Positions 37,417 through 50,329 of a stretch of DNA of 64,000 nt are shown here, piece by piece. This DNA comes from Octopus vulgaris (lineage: Eukaryota). A program made the translations under genes and the position numbers. The DNA is taken from contig OX597816.1 in assembly GCA_951406725.2 (NCBI GenBank), positions 123,690,001 to 123,754,000 on the forward strand, given 5' to 3'. Under the pieces are notes generated by a model that was not told where the DNA came from, did not search any database, and worked only from the letters and a program-made list of their open reading frames with translations. Every line of letters starts with the position of its first letter. The stretch's first letter is position 1.

Positions 37417-37819
37417 TTATAAGAAGTTATGTCTTCCATCCCAGAAGAGTTATATCTTCCCTGGTGAAATGAGTTGATGCATTTCCTGAGTGATTCATGA
37501 AGCTGGTGGCAACATCTGGAGCCCATACTGAATTTCGAATAAAACCTTATACTTTCCTCTCATATCCATTTTTTTGGGAAAATTATAATTAATGAATAAT
37601 TTATATGTATTTTAAAATAGGGTGTTACATTTCAATCACCTTGTATATCCACTCTGAAAGATAATACTCAACAATCTCTCTGTAGAATACGTGAGTTGAC
37701 TGGTCTCTGACCGTATGAACCAGCTGCTATAGAACAGAATTAACAATAGCTGCATTCCTATTTTAGCAATCCATTATACAAACATTTCTACACAAGTGCA
37801 AATTAAGACATTCTTAACA

Positions 37820-38218
37820 ATCCTTTCTACTATAGACACAAGGTCTGAAATTTTGCAGGAAGGGGCTAGTCAATTACATCTAACTCAGTGCGTAACTGAT
37901 ACTTATTTTATCAACTTCGAAAGGATACAAGGCAAAGCTGACCTCAGCGAAGTCTGAACTCAGAACAAGAAAATGGATGAAATACCTATTTCTTTACTAC
38001 CCACAAGGAGCTGAACACAAAGAGTACAAACAAGGATGGACAAATGGATTAAGTCGATTATATCGACTCCAGTGTGTAACTGGTAATTATTTAATCGACC
38101 CCGAAAGGATGAAAGACAAAATCGACCTCGGCGGAATTTGAACTCAGAACGTAATGGCAGACAAAATGCTGCTAAGAATTTCGCCTGGCTTGCTAACAAT
38201 TCTGACAGCTCACCACCT
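37820..38218 (-). mobile_element. Two tandem/nested SINE family B copies
   Basis: Reverse complement of the 21036-21270 copy. Confidence 0.8.
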
Positions 38219-38639
38219 TAGACATTCTTAATAATAAAAAAAACTGTTGCCTTTGAATTATAGTTCTACAATTAGGCATACCATCTGAGAAAATTTGATT
38301 AGGCAAAGCCATCTGTTGAGCATGGAAATTTGTAATACAAAGAGTTAAAGTTAAATACTGTATTGTATTGTTGATGACAATGTTTAGTCCTAACAGTCAG
38401 GCCTAGTCAAACAGGCCATCATTACATTTTTCTGGGGATTGTTTATTATACGTTATCCAATGTGTAAGTAAGGTGTGATATGAGGTGATTTGGTTGTTGT
38501 TTATAACAAAGTGTGTGTAGACGAATGCTTCTGAAACAATCTAATATGGCGTACTAACAGTTTTTTATTTTTTTATCCAATGTGCCAGGAACAGGTAATA
38601 TTTCTTAGTAATATCAATTTGTACCAGAAACAATATATA

Positions 38640-39145
38640 TCTATATATATAAAACTCTAGTTGTGTGAGTGTCTGTCCCCTTCGATTTAGATTCCTAACT
38701 CCTCCCACATTTTGCGGTGCAGTTTAACCAAATTCGGGTATCTTATAGTCGTGATTCATATCGAGCCCGTCTGACTATTAGCGCGCGTCAACGATGAGTC
38801 TACGATTTTAAAAATAATTTAACATCATTTTTTATTCCATTTTAATGCATAAAATGCATCGTATGTCGATGGCGGCGGAGTTGGCGTCCACGCTCACAGC
38901 TGCACCTGTTTGCTTCTCCCCCTTCCCTCCCTCGTGAAGCTATGGGGAAGGGAGTGTAAAGAAATCAACGTCGTAATGCGTTGTGAAGGAAACCAGCGTT
39001 CTTTTAGAACAACGACTTCATGGCTTGAAGACACCAAAACAAAAATGGCTAAGAAAGCCCGAATTTATAAGGGAAGTAACTCTCTAAAAATGCTTATATA
39101 GTTATTTCCCTTACAAACCCGAGCAACGCCGGGCGATACTGCTAG
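38640..39145 (+). mobile_element. Young non-autonomous Helitron
   Basis: A|TCTATATATATAAAAC ... CCCGAGCAACGCCGGG-CGATACTG-CTAG|T; near-identical to 48773-49408. Confidence 0.9.
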
Positions 39146-39239
39146 TAATGAATATAATAAAAGTTGACATTCTTTTTTTATCTTATATTTATTTTGTAAA
39201 CAAATAATACAATATTGCTTAAACGGATAAGTTGCTTAC

Positions 39240-39396
39240 TGCAGTGCGTAAGTCGAAATTACTGAAATTATGCTATTGTTTCTTTCTTTTCTGGAAACTC
39301 GCCGCGTACCGGCAGCTGATGGCTCGCAGACCGGCGCAGGTTCACGGACTCCACCACTTTGAGTGCTCCTGGTGTAGACAACTGACGAAAGTTAAG
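39240..39396 (-). other. Candidate exon of a divergent transcript (non-coding or 5' UTR)
   Basis: CpG-rich unique sequence bounded on the minus strand by a poly-T..CTAAACAG acceptor and a GCA|GTAAGC donor. Confidence 0.5.
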
Positions 39397-40029
39397 CTGT
39401 TTAGTCTAAATGCATAAAAAAAAAAAATCTAATCTAAGGGAGGTAACACATATCTTTCGATTTAGATTTGTGGTCTAAGGGGAGTAATTAAAAATGTATA
39501 TTATTAGAGTAGCTTGACCTTGCAAGTTTTAAAACATTGGATCACTTGACTGCTATTGCACAACTTCTAATCTTGACAATTCTAAATCTCAGGTTTTATA
39601 TATCTAAAAGAATCCTACACCTCATTAAAGAAATTGTTTTCATTTTGAGAACTTTTATTTGCATCTAAAAATAACGGAAAGGACAATCTTTTGTTTGCAT
39701 GGATAACCTTTAATGATGATGATGTTCGTAAATTTGTTCGTGTGCCGTGAAAAGATCTAGAATTTATCGTTTTGAACTGATCTTGGAAGTAAAAGACTTT
39801 TGGTATTACGGTTTCAGAGCTGTTTGTTCCGTTATGTTTGTATATATATATGTGTTGTTATACAGAAAAGCTCAATAGAAAACATTAATATGTGTGTATG
39901 TGTGTGTGTGTCATGTGGAATGTTATAAATTGCCATTATAACAGACGTTAGGAGAAGAATGAAAAGAAAACGCAATTTTCTGAGCAAAAATTTACGACAG
40001 CTTTTCACTGAGTTAATTTATCAGAAATT

Positions 40030-40300
40030 CTCACCGTTTCCGGATATTAAAACTTCACTCAATATAATACTTTCATGTACATCATAAAAAGTATCGATTT
40101 TATTCATCTGACTTAAACAGTTTTAGTAGTGAATTGTTGTTTGTAGTCATATAAAAATTTTGGATGAAAATGTATGGGGAAAAAAACAAATAAATAAAAT
40201 ATTTCAAAAAATTATTTAGACTGGAGTTGCATCCCTTTAATCTCTTATACTGCGCATGTTAAGCAGGAAGCGGAAATTAAAGGGTTCTTTACCATGTTGA
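40030..40300. promoter_or_regulatory. Probable (bidirectional) promoter
   Basis: TGCGCATG (NRF1-like, about 40251), CAGGAAGCGGAA (tandem ETS-like, about 40264), TTCCGG (about 40038), local CpG retention in non-repeat DNA. Confidence 0.5.
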
Positions 40301-40396
40301 TTTGTGTATGTTTCACTTGTTTTGTCTGCTGTTTCAATCTCATCGTTAATTAGCTTATAATTTAGATGAATTGCTGGCGTAGTTTACACACGGGGA

Positions 40397-40562
40397 ATGA
40401 CTTTACTGAATCAACTTGACATCTATATACCATTTGAATTTATACGGAAATGTGTGGAGAGCAGCCACGAAGGCCGCCCTGTTTTGTGGTCGGGTTCCAT
40501 CAATGACATCGTGGCTTCGGACAAGACGTCTGATCATCTCTCATCTCATCCGATGTCTTCTG
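40397..40562 (+). CDS. Probable first coding exon of the C2H2 zinc-finger gene
   Basis: ATG-initiated 55-codon frame ending at a phase-1 donor G|GTAATA that joins in frame (G+AA=Glu) to the acceptor at 53560; intermediate exons are not excluded. Confidence 0.55.
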
Positions 40563-40734
40563 GTAATAAGATCGTTTTGTTCTTTTATACATCCCTAGAG
40601 TTATGTTTACCCATGTCTCGCTAAATTTTTACCATCTCTCCCTTTTTTCTTCTCTGGGTGTTTTAATTAAGTAAAACATTTTCTTATAATTAAAGTGTCA
40701 AATTATATCGAAATGACATGTTTTCCTAAACCAT

Positions 40735-41585
40735 TGCGCCCCGCCGACTTTGTCCTCTCAACTTTAAGAAAAATGAATGTTTATTAATGAAATTTCTTAT
40801 AAATACCTTTCAGTCGGTGCAGATTACGATTATATTGTTATTTGTTGTGTAAAGAGTTTTTTAGGGATGGAGTGAAGTTTTTCTAAAAATTAAAAAAAAA
40901 AGAGCGATCTGGCATATCTACACTATTGTGCCCCACCTCTCGCTTTTGTTTCCTCATAACTTCTAGAAAAATGAATATTTCTTTAATGAAATTTTCAACA
41001 AATATGCTTCATATGGTGTAGATTTCGATTGTCTAGAAATTCGTGAACAACGTTTTCCTTTCTGTTGGGAGAAGAGTTTTGGAAAATTCACTCGAGTAAG
41101 CTTTCGTCATAACTTTCAGAAGAATGGATATTTTTAAATGAAATTTTCTACAAATACCTCTTAAAGTATGTAGATTACGTGTCTATCTGAATTAAATATG
41201 AAAAGCAAACAAACAAGCAAATTGGTGCGCTCCCACACATACATATTGACGCACATCTTATCTACAAAATGGGATTTAAAATTTCGAAAAAAATTGAGCT
41301 GCGTGCGAGTATGTATGTTTACGTGCTCACCATTTTTCTATTCACATCAGCTTAGAAAATTTCATTAAAAATTTCCATTTTTCTGAAAGTTATGAGGAAA
41401 CAAAGCTGGCACATGAATTTTCTGAAACCCTTCTTTCAAACCACCCAGAATTATTTTTTCACTACAAATTTCGATATAATCGGAATATATACAATCTGAA
41501 GAATATTTGTTGAAAATTTCTTTCAAAAATATTCATTTTTCAAGAAGTCATGAGGAAACAAAGTCAGGGGTGGGGGGCACACTTG
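40735..41585. repeat. Foldback-type element built of 170-200-bp subunits (3 forward, 2 inverted)
   Basis: CATAACTT..GAAAAATGAATATTT..AATGAAATTTTC near 40760, 40955 and 41108; reverse complement near 41356 and 41512. Confidence 0.75.
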
Positions 41586-42436
41586 TGTATGTATACTGAT
41601 CATTCTCATAATGATTTCAATTTAATGTGGAAGTCTACATGAATATCTATTAAATAAAAATGTTAAGGATTATAAAAGGATTTAGTTCTATTACAAATTT
41701 ATCCAGTAATCAATATTTTCAGAAAAGATCATTAAAAGTTTGTCTTTGATAAAGGATCTGGAAGTTAATTCATCTTATTCTTTTGAAGAAATATAAATAG
41801 AGTAACATTGACATGAAAAAAACTTTTCATTTGAAAAATTTCATTAAAGATAGTTTACAACAGTAAAATGTAAGGAGATGGCAGAATGAAAGAAAACCAG
41901 TGAATAAATAATCAAAATATAATTATGTACGTGTATACTCCCTCAATTACATATCACTCCAGAATATACTGGTGTTACTCCATAAGATTTTGAGTCACTT
42001 CCAAACACTGACAGCAAATGTTTGCGATGTTGAAATACTGGAGCCAGGACATTTCATTAGAGTCCTGCCTACTTCTGTGAGGCAGGATACCAATAAAATT
42101 AAAAACTTCTGTGTATCCCTTCAAAGTGTTATATGCCAGAAATTCAAAAATGTAATTTAATGATAAATAATTGTACTTTAATACCTTATTTCATTCAGTA
42201 GCAGTACCCAACTCCACATCTGTCTTGTGAAGGACATGTGATTAAGTTAAAATTGCTTCAGTTTATAAAAATAGTTGAAAAATTATGTGAGGATATGTGT
42301 CCTGGGAATTGCCCTTACATCCTAAACTGGTGCTGTTGATGCTGCTGATGCCTTATTGTCAAGTAAAACAAAGATTAGAAACCAGTGAATAGCAATTTGG
42401 AGGTTGAAGAATTGCAAAGAAAAAAAAGCTGTTTAA

Positions 42437-42779
42437 TCATTTAGCATTTGACCTGGCCATATTCAGCCCAAATATTCTACCGGTTTTATGTTCAAATCAA
42501 TCAGATCTGGCCTCTCACACCTAGCTTACAATGTCGTTCTAAAACTAAACCATCATCATCGTTTAGCGTCTGCTTTCCATGCTAGCATGGGTTGGATGGT
42601 TCAACTGGGGTCTGGGAAGCCAGAAGGCTGCACCAGGCCCAGTCTGATCTGGCAATGTTTCTACGGCTGGATGCTCATCTTCAAAATCTCAAAGCTGTGA
42701 GATAATATATGACCAAGTTTTAAAAATGTGAATACATAAGCATTACACTTGACAGAGTAATAATCTGAATGCTAAAGTG
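42437..42779. mobile_element. TTAA-MITE family B with an RTE-tail insert (42551-42675)
   Basis: TTAA-TCATTTAGCATT ... AATGCTAAAGTG; homologous to 57015-57243 and 60288-60502. Confidence 0.7.
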
Positions 42780-45526
42780 TCAAACAAGAAGTGTGATATA
42801 CAGAAGGCAATACTCCAAAGTGGCCTTGACTGAGATAAGAAACAGATTCTCCTTGAGTGAAAACGAAAAACTGATACATCAAGTTAGATTTAGTACACAG
42901 CTTGTTAGTTTTATTGGGACAGAAAAGAAAGTACAGCCTGCAAGTGAGTTAGTAATTGTGGTGGTATGTTGGTGAATGATGCTTATCAGGTACTAGTTGC
43001 CCTTTATTTTGAATGTGGTTTATGAAGTTCATGACTATCAGTTGTGCAGCCCTAGATATATGAGTAACATGTTCCAGATATTTAGCATCAAAATGTTACA
43101 AGGGTAACAAAATTTCAGTTTAATTACTTAATAAAAAATTTAAAATGTTTATTCCAGTCATTGGCAACCTATGTCTTATTGGACTTTCTAAAAGGCATAC
43201 CTAACAAAAAGTTACTTGCAATTTTTTTCTTTATAATGCAGCCTACATGATGATAAGCCATGTCTCATGCTGCCTGCTTCTCACAAATGGTTACCCATGC
43301 TTGGTTTATTCCATGTTTCAGTAGAAGTGACAGTGTATGAGTTGTTAATCTACAATAAGAAGAGTGAGAGGGAGAGAGACATAATTGAGCGTTAAGGATA
43401 GAGTGTGAATTGGAAAGCGCAACATTGAAGCAATCTGGAGCATAACATAGAAAGGAAGTCTCTGCATATAACAGTCACTATAAAGAGAAATTAATGAAGA
43501 AGATCATATCGTCACTTTTGAGATTTTATAAGTGAAGTCAGTAGGTTGATATTTTGTAAGGTGAGGTTAAGAGAATAATTGTTTAGTGATCACAGGTGCT
43601 TGGGTTGGACCACATTATGAAGGAGATTTTAAAGTTCAACAATGATAAAGAAAACTGAAGTGTTTAGCACTAATATCTAGTTGTTTACAAAATTAATGCA
43701 AATGATATCACTTAGCAAAAAAGACTGGGTTTGGTTCATGCAACCTACATTTGAATTCTCTCTATTTTGCCTTTTAAAAAATGGGTTCCAGATTTTTGTT
43801 AGGGGCATTTCAGATTCTGAATCTCAAAACAAATTTTATTCTCATTTGTTTTGTAATGGATAATGTTGGAGCTTTTTTGGGTGCACCTAAAGAGATAGAT
43901 CATGTTAAGTTGGCAGCACAAAACGGTCAAATGGAATGCAATATTATAAAATGGAGCTCATAATGACATTTGATAATGTTATCATTTTAACCATATTTCT
44001 TATATCTGTCTTCAATAATTTGTCTAACATATATTATTGTTATTACTTTTTTTTTGTTTTTTGCAATCTGAAAATATTACTAAAGTATTTTAAAATATTT
44101 TTGCATATTTAAAATCTATGTATTTGCATGTTATTCCTTTTGTTTTTATAGTAGGGTTTGCCATTTTATTGTCCACTTTTCTATGCTTGCATATATGTTA
44201 GACAGAATTCATCTAGATAGATTTTTGGTGGCCGGATGTCCTTCCTGTCACCCTTGTTTCCAAGAAGAATAATATTTCCTTTGGTCAGGCATGTTTTAGC
44301 AGAAGATTGGAAATGAAAGATACCGCTTATATGATTATCATACATGCTTACAGTTTTCGTGTTTCATCAAGACAAGGGGAGAGAGAGAGAGAAAGAGAGA
44401 CATGCACACATATATATGACATGCTTCTTTCAATTTCTATCTACCAAATTCACTCACAAGGCTTCAGCTGGCACAGTGCTATAGAAGATATATCCTCGTG
44501 GCACCACACAGTTAGGTTAAACTTTAAATCTGTAAAAAAAAAATGTAGTTTAAGAGGGTTGGATGTAGTGCAGGATCCAAAACTCTCACAGAACACAATG
44601 TATCATTAAAAAGTGTGGGTACAAAGTTCCAGATTCACTACATCTATTGTGTTTTTACTTTTAGGCAAGGTACATAATTCTGTTTAGCACTGATGTAGGC
44701 TAATGCTTCATAACCACTTAACAATTCAAATATAAATGCAAAGGGTAACACTTTGTCTGAACAAGTAGGAGAAACGAAAACACCGGATATAAAATTAGAT
44801 ATGAAATAAAAGGTGTTTGAAAGTTTGAAAGTATTTACTTATTTATGATAAGTAGTTAATCTTAATTAACTTGATAACTTACTTGATTATTTTAGGAATC
44901 TTATCAAGCAAACATGTAATGTTTTTTTTTTTAACTTATCAATGCAACTGCTCTACAGTCTTAGTAAAAAAGAATATTTTTGATTAATGTAAACCTTAAG
45001 ATATTTCCTTAACTGATTTTGTGTCACGATTTAGGGTCTGTGGGATTAGTTGTTTGAAGTCAATCGATATAAGGAAAATGATCATGTAAGAAAGCAAAAT
45101 AAACTTCTTGCTGAACAGGATTGAATGTGTGTGTATGTGCTATGTATATAACATATATATGTATATACTAGCTCCATCACCACCACAACTGCCATTCACA
45201 CAACATTTAGACTTCTGACACCACCACTATCAGTACCTTTAACTTCGCTGCCTCCCCCTTTACCACTTGCACGACTGTCTTTCACATCGCTTACTCTCAC
45301 CATTGCCCATGACTGCTTCAGCTGCCATCATCACCGTTGCCCCTGCCTCTATCACAAATACAGCTCATACTATTACTATCACCAGATTACCATCATAACC
45401 ATCAGTCTACTACTGGTGTCAGTGAATAGTGAGAGAGGTGGGTCGAAGTGTGACGCACTGACACACAAAAATGAGTTTTCGCATTATTGCATTACATTTA
45501 TGCATACACACACACACACACATATA

Positions 45527-45900
45527 TTTATATAAAGCTGAAGTTGTCTGTGTACAGCAGGTTTGGTAGCCATCAACTAACACTATCTCCTCCAAGATCC
45601 TGCAGCGCAAGTTGACCAAAATTGAGAGTATGATAGAAGAAGGGTTGCTCTTCTTTCCATAGAAGAAAAAATTCAAATCGGACCAAAAATTATTTACATC
45701 AAAAAGGTGCTTTTTTCTATGAAAATCACAATTTTTTATGATTTTTTGACTGCTGTGTCACCATTTTTCGGTGTATTTCAACCAGAAAAATGTTCACGTA
45801 AAGAGAATGATAAGCTACATAATGCATAATTTTTACTTTTCAAAAATTCTAATTCTAAAGGGTCGAAACAAACCCGAGCGCCACCGGGCGATACTGCTAG
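45527..45900 (+). mobile_element. Non-autonomous Helitron (short)
   Basis: 3' CCCGAGCGCCACCGGG-CGATACTG-CTAG|T; 5' TTTATATAAAGCTG (degenerate TC start). Confidence 0.8.
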
Positions 45901-45908
45901 TATATATA

Positions 45909-46451
45909 TCTCTTATTATAAAAGGCAGATTTTATCTGCCTCCCTTTGTGAGTTATAGAAATCTACAATATAGGATTTCTTCAATTACAATTTACCTAGC
46001 ATTTTTAAGAGTAGAATGCATCGGGTCATGCCAGGTCCAGTTTTTAAAATTTAAACTCCAATTAAGCAAAATTTACAGAAAACTCACATTCTGGTGTGTA
46101 TGTCAAATGCTTTTCTTAGTCTGGTTTACAGCACACGCAAACGCACACACACAGTGTGCAACGAATAAAATGAAAGTAAATAGCGACAGAGTGATTTGAG
46201 GAAGACTAAACTGAAAGTATTTAAACCACTACTCAAAAAATAAAAAAACACAGCAAACAGAAACAAATAAATACATAACGATTTACTCCTCACACAATTT
46301 CTTCAATTAGAATTTACCTAAGATTTTTCAAAGTACTCCATTCGCTCATGCCATAATATATTTCTTTCAATTTCACCCCCAATTAAGACAAAATTCGAGA
46401 AAACTCAATATTTTAACATTTCACTCCGAAAGCATTGATGTACATGTGTGC

Positions 46452-46488
<37 letters not shown>

Positions 46489-47354
46489 ATGGGTTGTGCG
46501 ACACAGAAAGTGTGGTGTGTAAGTGAAGTGCTTTCGTTAGTGTGTGTAAAGAGACAGACAGAGTGAAAGACAGAAATAACTGAAGTTTTCACTATGATAT
46601 CATCACGTGCGAAAAAAATTCGAAGGGTTTTGAACAATTGAGATACAGATGTCACACCTGTATTGAAACCATTGCTAATCTGCCGTAATTGCTTAATTAA
46701 GACTTTGTTTAAATTGAAAGGGGCAAATATGTGAGCGAGGTTGAAAAAAATACCCCAGAAAAAATAATGTACTGCTGGTATTTATATAATTCACTACTAT
46801 TTTGCTACAATGTCATGAAAAAGAAAAAATTTAGGTATGTAAATCGAATTCGCCACCCCTTTTCCCCGTTCGCGTTTGTGTAAAAAAATTATTATTTAAG
46901 TTTTAAAATTATTTACTTTGTTCAAAAAATATTAATATTAATTAAATTTCAAGAATTATTTAATTTTATTCTATAAAATAGTAATTAATTCATTTATCTG
47001 TAAATCCGCGAGGTTGTTACTCAGGCACCTACAATGGTAACCTTCAACTAACACTATCTCCTCCGAGACCCTGCAGCGCAAGTTGACCAAAATTGAGAGT
47101 ATGGTAGAAGAAGGTTTGCTCTTCCTTCCGTAGAACATAAAATTCAAATCGGACCATGTTAACACCAAAAATTATTTACATCAAAAAGATGCTTTTTTCT
47201 ATGAAAATCCCTATTTTTTTACGATTTTTTCACTGCTGTGTCGCCACTTTTCGGTGTATTTCGACCAGAAAAATGTTCACAAAATTTTTACTTTTCAAAA
47301 TTACAATTCCAGCGGGTCGAAACAAACCCGAGCAACGCCGGGCGATACTGCTAG
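45909..47354 (+). mobile_element. Non-autonomous Helitron (long, composite)
   Basis: A|TCTCTTATTATAAAAGGC ... CCCGAGCAACGCCGGG-CGATACTG-CTAG|T; the last 320 bp or so are homologous to 45560-45900. Confidence 0.85.
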
Positions 47355-47512
47355 TATATATATATAATGTGTGTGTTATACATATATATGTACATATTTA
47401 TACTTACACATGCACACACACTTATATAAATGTATTCATGTATACATAGACGTACATACACTTAGATACTTATGTTTATATACACATATATTCATGCACA
47501 AAAACACATCTA

Positions 47513-47780
47513 TCTCTTATTATAAAAGGCAGATTTTATCTGCCTCCCTTTGGGAGTTATACAAATCTACAATATAGGATTTCTTCAATTACAATTTACC
47601 TAGCAATTTTAAGAGTACAATGCATCGCGTCATGCCAGGTCCAGTTTTTAAAATTTAAACTCCAATTAAGCAAAATTTACAGAAAACTCACATTCTGGTG
47701 TGTGTGTCAAATGCTTTTCTTAGTCTGGTTTACACCACACGCAAATGCACACACACAGTGGGCAACGAATAAAGTGAAAC
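47513..47780 (+). mobile_element. 5' fragment of the same Helitron as 45909
   Basis: Near-identical to 45909-46175. Confidence 0.85.
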
Positions 47781-47930
47781 TAGATGTAATATTTGTTTCT
47801 CTCTATCACGCTGATAGATACATGAGTAAAATGTATGGGAAGCTAACACATAAGTGTGAGTGAAAATGTTCTTGGAAGAGAGTAAATAGCCAGAGATAGT
47901 GATTTGAGGAACACTCATACATACATACAT

Positions 47931-47970
<40 letters not shown>

Positions 47971-48014
47971 ACATACACACACACATACATACACACATAC
48001 ATATATACATACAT

Positions 48015-48045
<31 letters not shown>

Positions 48046-48496
48046 TACACACACACACAGTATTGAAGCTTGAGAACAATCAGATACATTTGCAACACAT
48101 CTGTTGAAAATATTATTGTTCACACACATACATATACATATATACATACAGACAGACAGACAGATAGACACACACACACACACACACACATGATCCAGCA
48201 TGGCCACAACCTCAAGGCTGAAACATATAAAAGAATAACAGAATATAAATGTGTGCATGTGTGTGAGAGAGAGAGTGTGTGTGTATATGTATGTATGTAT
48301 GTATGTATGTATATATATATAATAATGCAGTTTTTTCAACAGCTTGAACTAAAAGTCAGAGGGGAATGGGATAAACTACTTATATTAACTTGCTATAAAA
48401 GCAGGTAGTAATTTTATCTTGTCCTTATTCATAGTGCAAGTTTTGAAGAGTGCATTTCGATTTTAACAGCTATTTTTTTCAAAGCTATATTGGAAC

Positions 48497-48751
48497 AGCC
48501 TAGAAGACGAGCCTCATCCTGAAAGATCTGTAGAACTCGACAAGGACATCCTGAAAACCCTGGTGGAACAAAATCTCATCGTAACTGTTGAGGAACTAGC
48601 AGAGAAGCTTGGATTTGGTCATTCAACCATTCATTGAGACCTGTGTGCTATCGGAAAAGTCAGCAAATTGGGTCAATGGGTTCCTCACGAACTTTCCGAG
48701 TCTAATTGCATGCAGAGAGTGAATGTATGCTTTTCTTTGCTGTCACATCTC
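48497..48751 (+). pseudogene. Mariner transposase fragment
   Basis: SLEDEPHPERS..TVEELAEKLGFGHSTIH*..KLGQWVPHEL (HTH plus WVPHEL linker). Confidence 0.9.
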
Positions 48752-48772
48752 ACCACTACTGCGCTATGTATA

Positions 48773-49408
48773 TCTATATATATAAAACTGTAGTTGTGTG
48801 AGTGTCTGTCCCCTTCGATTTAGATTCCTAACTACTCCCACATTTTGCGGTGCAGTTTAACCAAATTCGGGTAGCTTATAGTCGTGATTCATATCAAGCC
48901 CGTCTGAGTATTAGCGCGCGTCTACGATGAGTCTATGATTTTAAAAATAATTTAACATAATTTTTTATTCCATTTTAATGCATAATTTTTCGTGTGTCGA
49001 TGGCGGCGGAGTTGGCGTCCACGCTCACACCTGCACCTGTGGGGAAGGGAGTGTAAGGAAATCAACGTCGTAATGCGTTGTCAAGGAGACCATCGTTCTT
49101 TTAGAACAACGACTTCATGGCTTGAAGACACCAAAACAGAAATGGCTAAGAAAGCGTCTACATGAGTCTACGATTTAAAAAAAAATTTACCATCGTTTTT
49201 TTTCCATTTTAATGCATTTTTTCGCTATTATATAAGGGAAGTAACTCTCTAAAAATGTCTACGATGAGTCAACGATTTTTCAAAAAATTTACCATCATAT
49301 TTTTTCCATTTTTAATGCATTTTTGCTATTTTTTGGCTATAACTCTCTAAAAATGCTTATATAGTTATTTCCCTTACAAACCCGAGCAACGCCGGGCGAT
49401 ACTGCTAG
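48773..49408 (+). mobile_element. Young non-autonomous Helitron
   Basis: 5' TC, 3' hairpin plus CTAG, A|T site; same family as 38640-39145 with extra internal subrepeats. Confidence 0.9.
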
Positions 49409-49514
49409 TATTTATATAAATGTGTGTATATACACACACACACACACACATATATACATATATATAGATAGATAGATATAGATATATGTGTATACATATA
49501 TATATATATATATT

Positions 49515-49653
49515 GACTATTTACCAACATAATGTGGCTGTCTTGGAGGGGATGATTGTTAACTGTTGTTTTGCCCCGGGAAATCTTGTTTCCAGCTAAA
49601 CAATAGTAACAGTCGTCCCTTCTAGGACAGCCACATTATGTTGGCAAATAATC
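49515..49653 (+). other. About 57-bp-stem hairpin with G-U-biased mismatches
   Basis: CCAACATAATGTGGCTGTC / GACAGCCACATTATGTTGG perfect core, with extended pairing on both sides. Confidence 0.85.
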
Positions 49654-49705
49654 TTTACTTTAAAGAACTGTTACTGAATATCTCTGTTCGAGAGATTTAG
49701 AAATT

Positions 49706-49749
<44 letters not shown>

Positions 49750-50329
49750 CATTATTTAATGCCCATTGTCCATGGGTTGGATGGCTTGACCAGAGCTGGC
49801 ATGCTGGGGAGCTGCACTAAACTCCAGTCTGATTTGGCATATTCATATAGGTAAATAGATATAATTCTGTGTAAAGTACTTTTGTAGTGGAGATCAGGGC
49901 ATCCAACCATAATGTATTGCTTTAGTTGTACTCGTTTACGTACTAAATGTTACATCAACCATTATGTGATAAGATCTTATAGTACAGTGTCCATTTGTCA
50001 TATTGCCAAGTATCATTTGACAGATCTGTCTAGTCTGTGCCAACTTAGAAAATAGACATTGAAATGGTAATGACAATGATAGAAAGTGTATAAGTTACAG
50101 AAAACCAGAAAGAAATATTTGAGAAATGATTTGCTCTTTCCTTTGTTTTTTTTCTTTTAAATATTAATACTGAAGATATCTTTGTATTGGAGTCTTTCTT
50201 ATAACATAAATAGAATTCCACTCAAATATTTCTTGGAGTGTATTTTGTCATATCACCACAAGATCATTCTCCTGATCTTAGAAGGACGCACACTTTAGCA
50301 TGACATGCCATAATTCTTATCAGTGTTAA

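Larger units (their letters stand above)
37041..37643. mobile_element. Tc1/mariner-type MITE hosting the HHR-SINE
   Basis: TA-flanked TIR CAGGGTGATTGAAAAGTAAC / GTTACATTTCAATCACCTTG. Confidence 0.85.
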
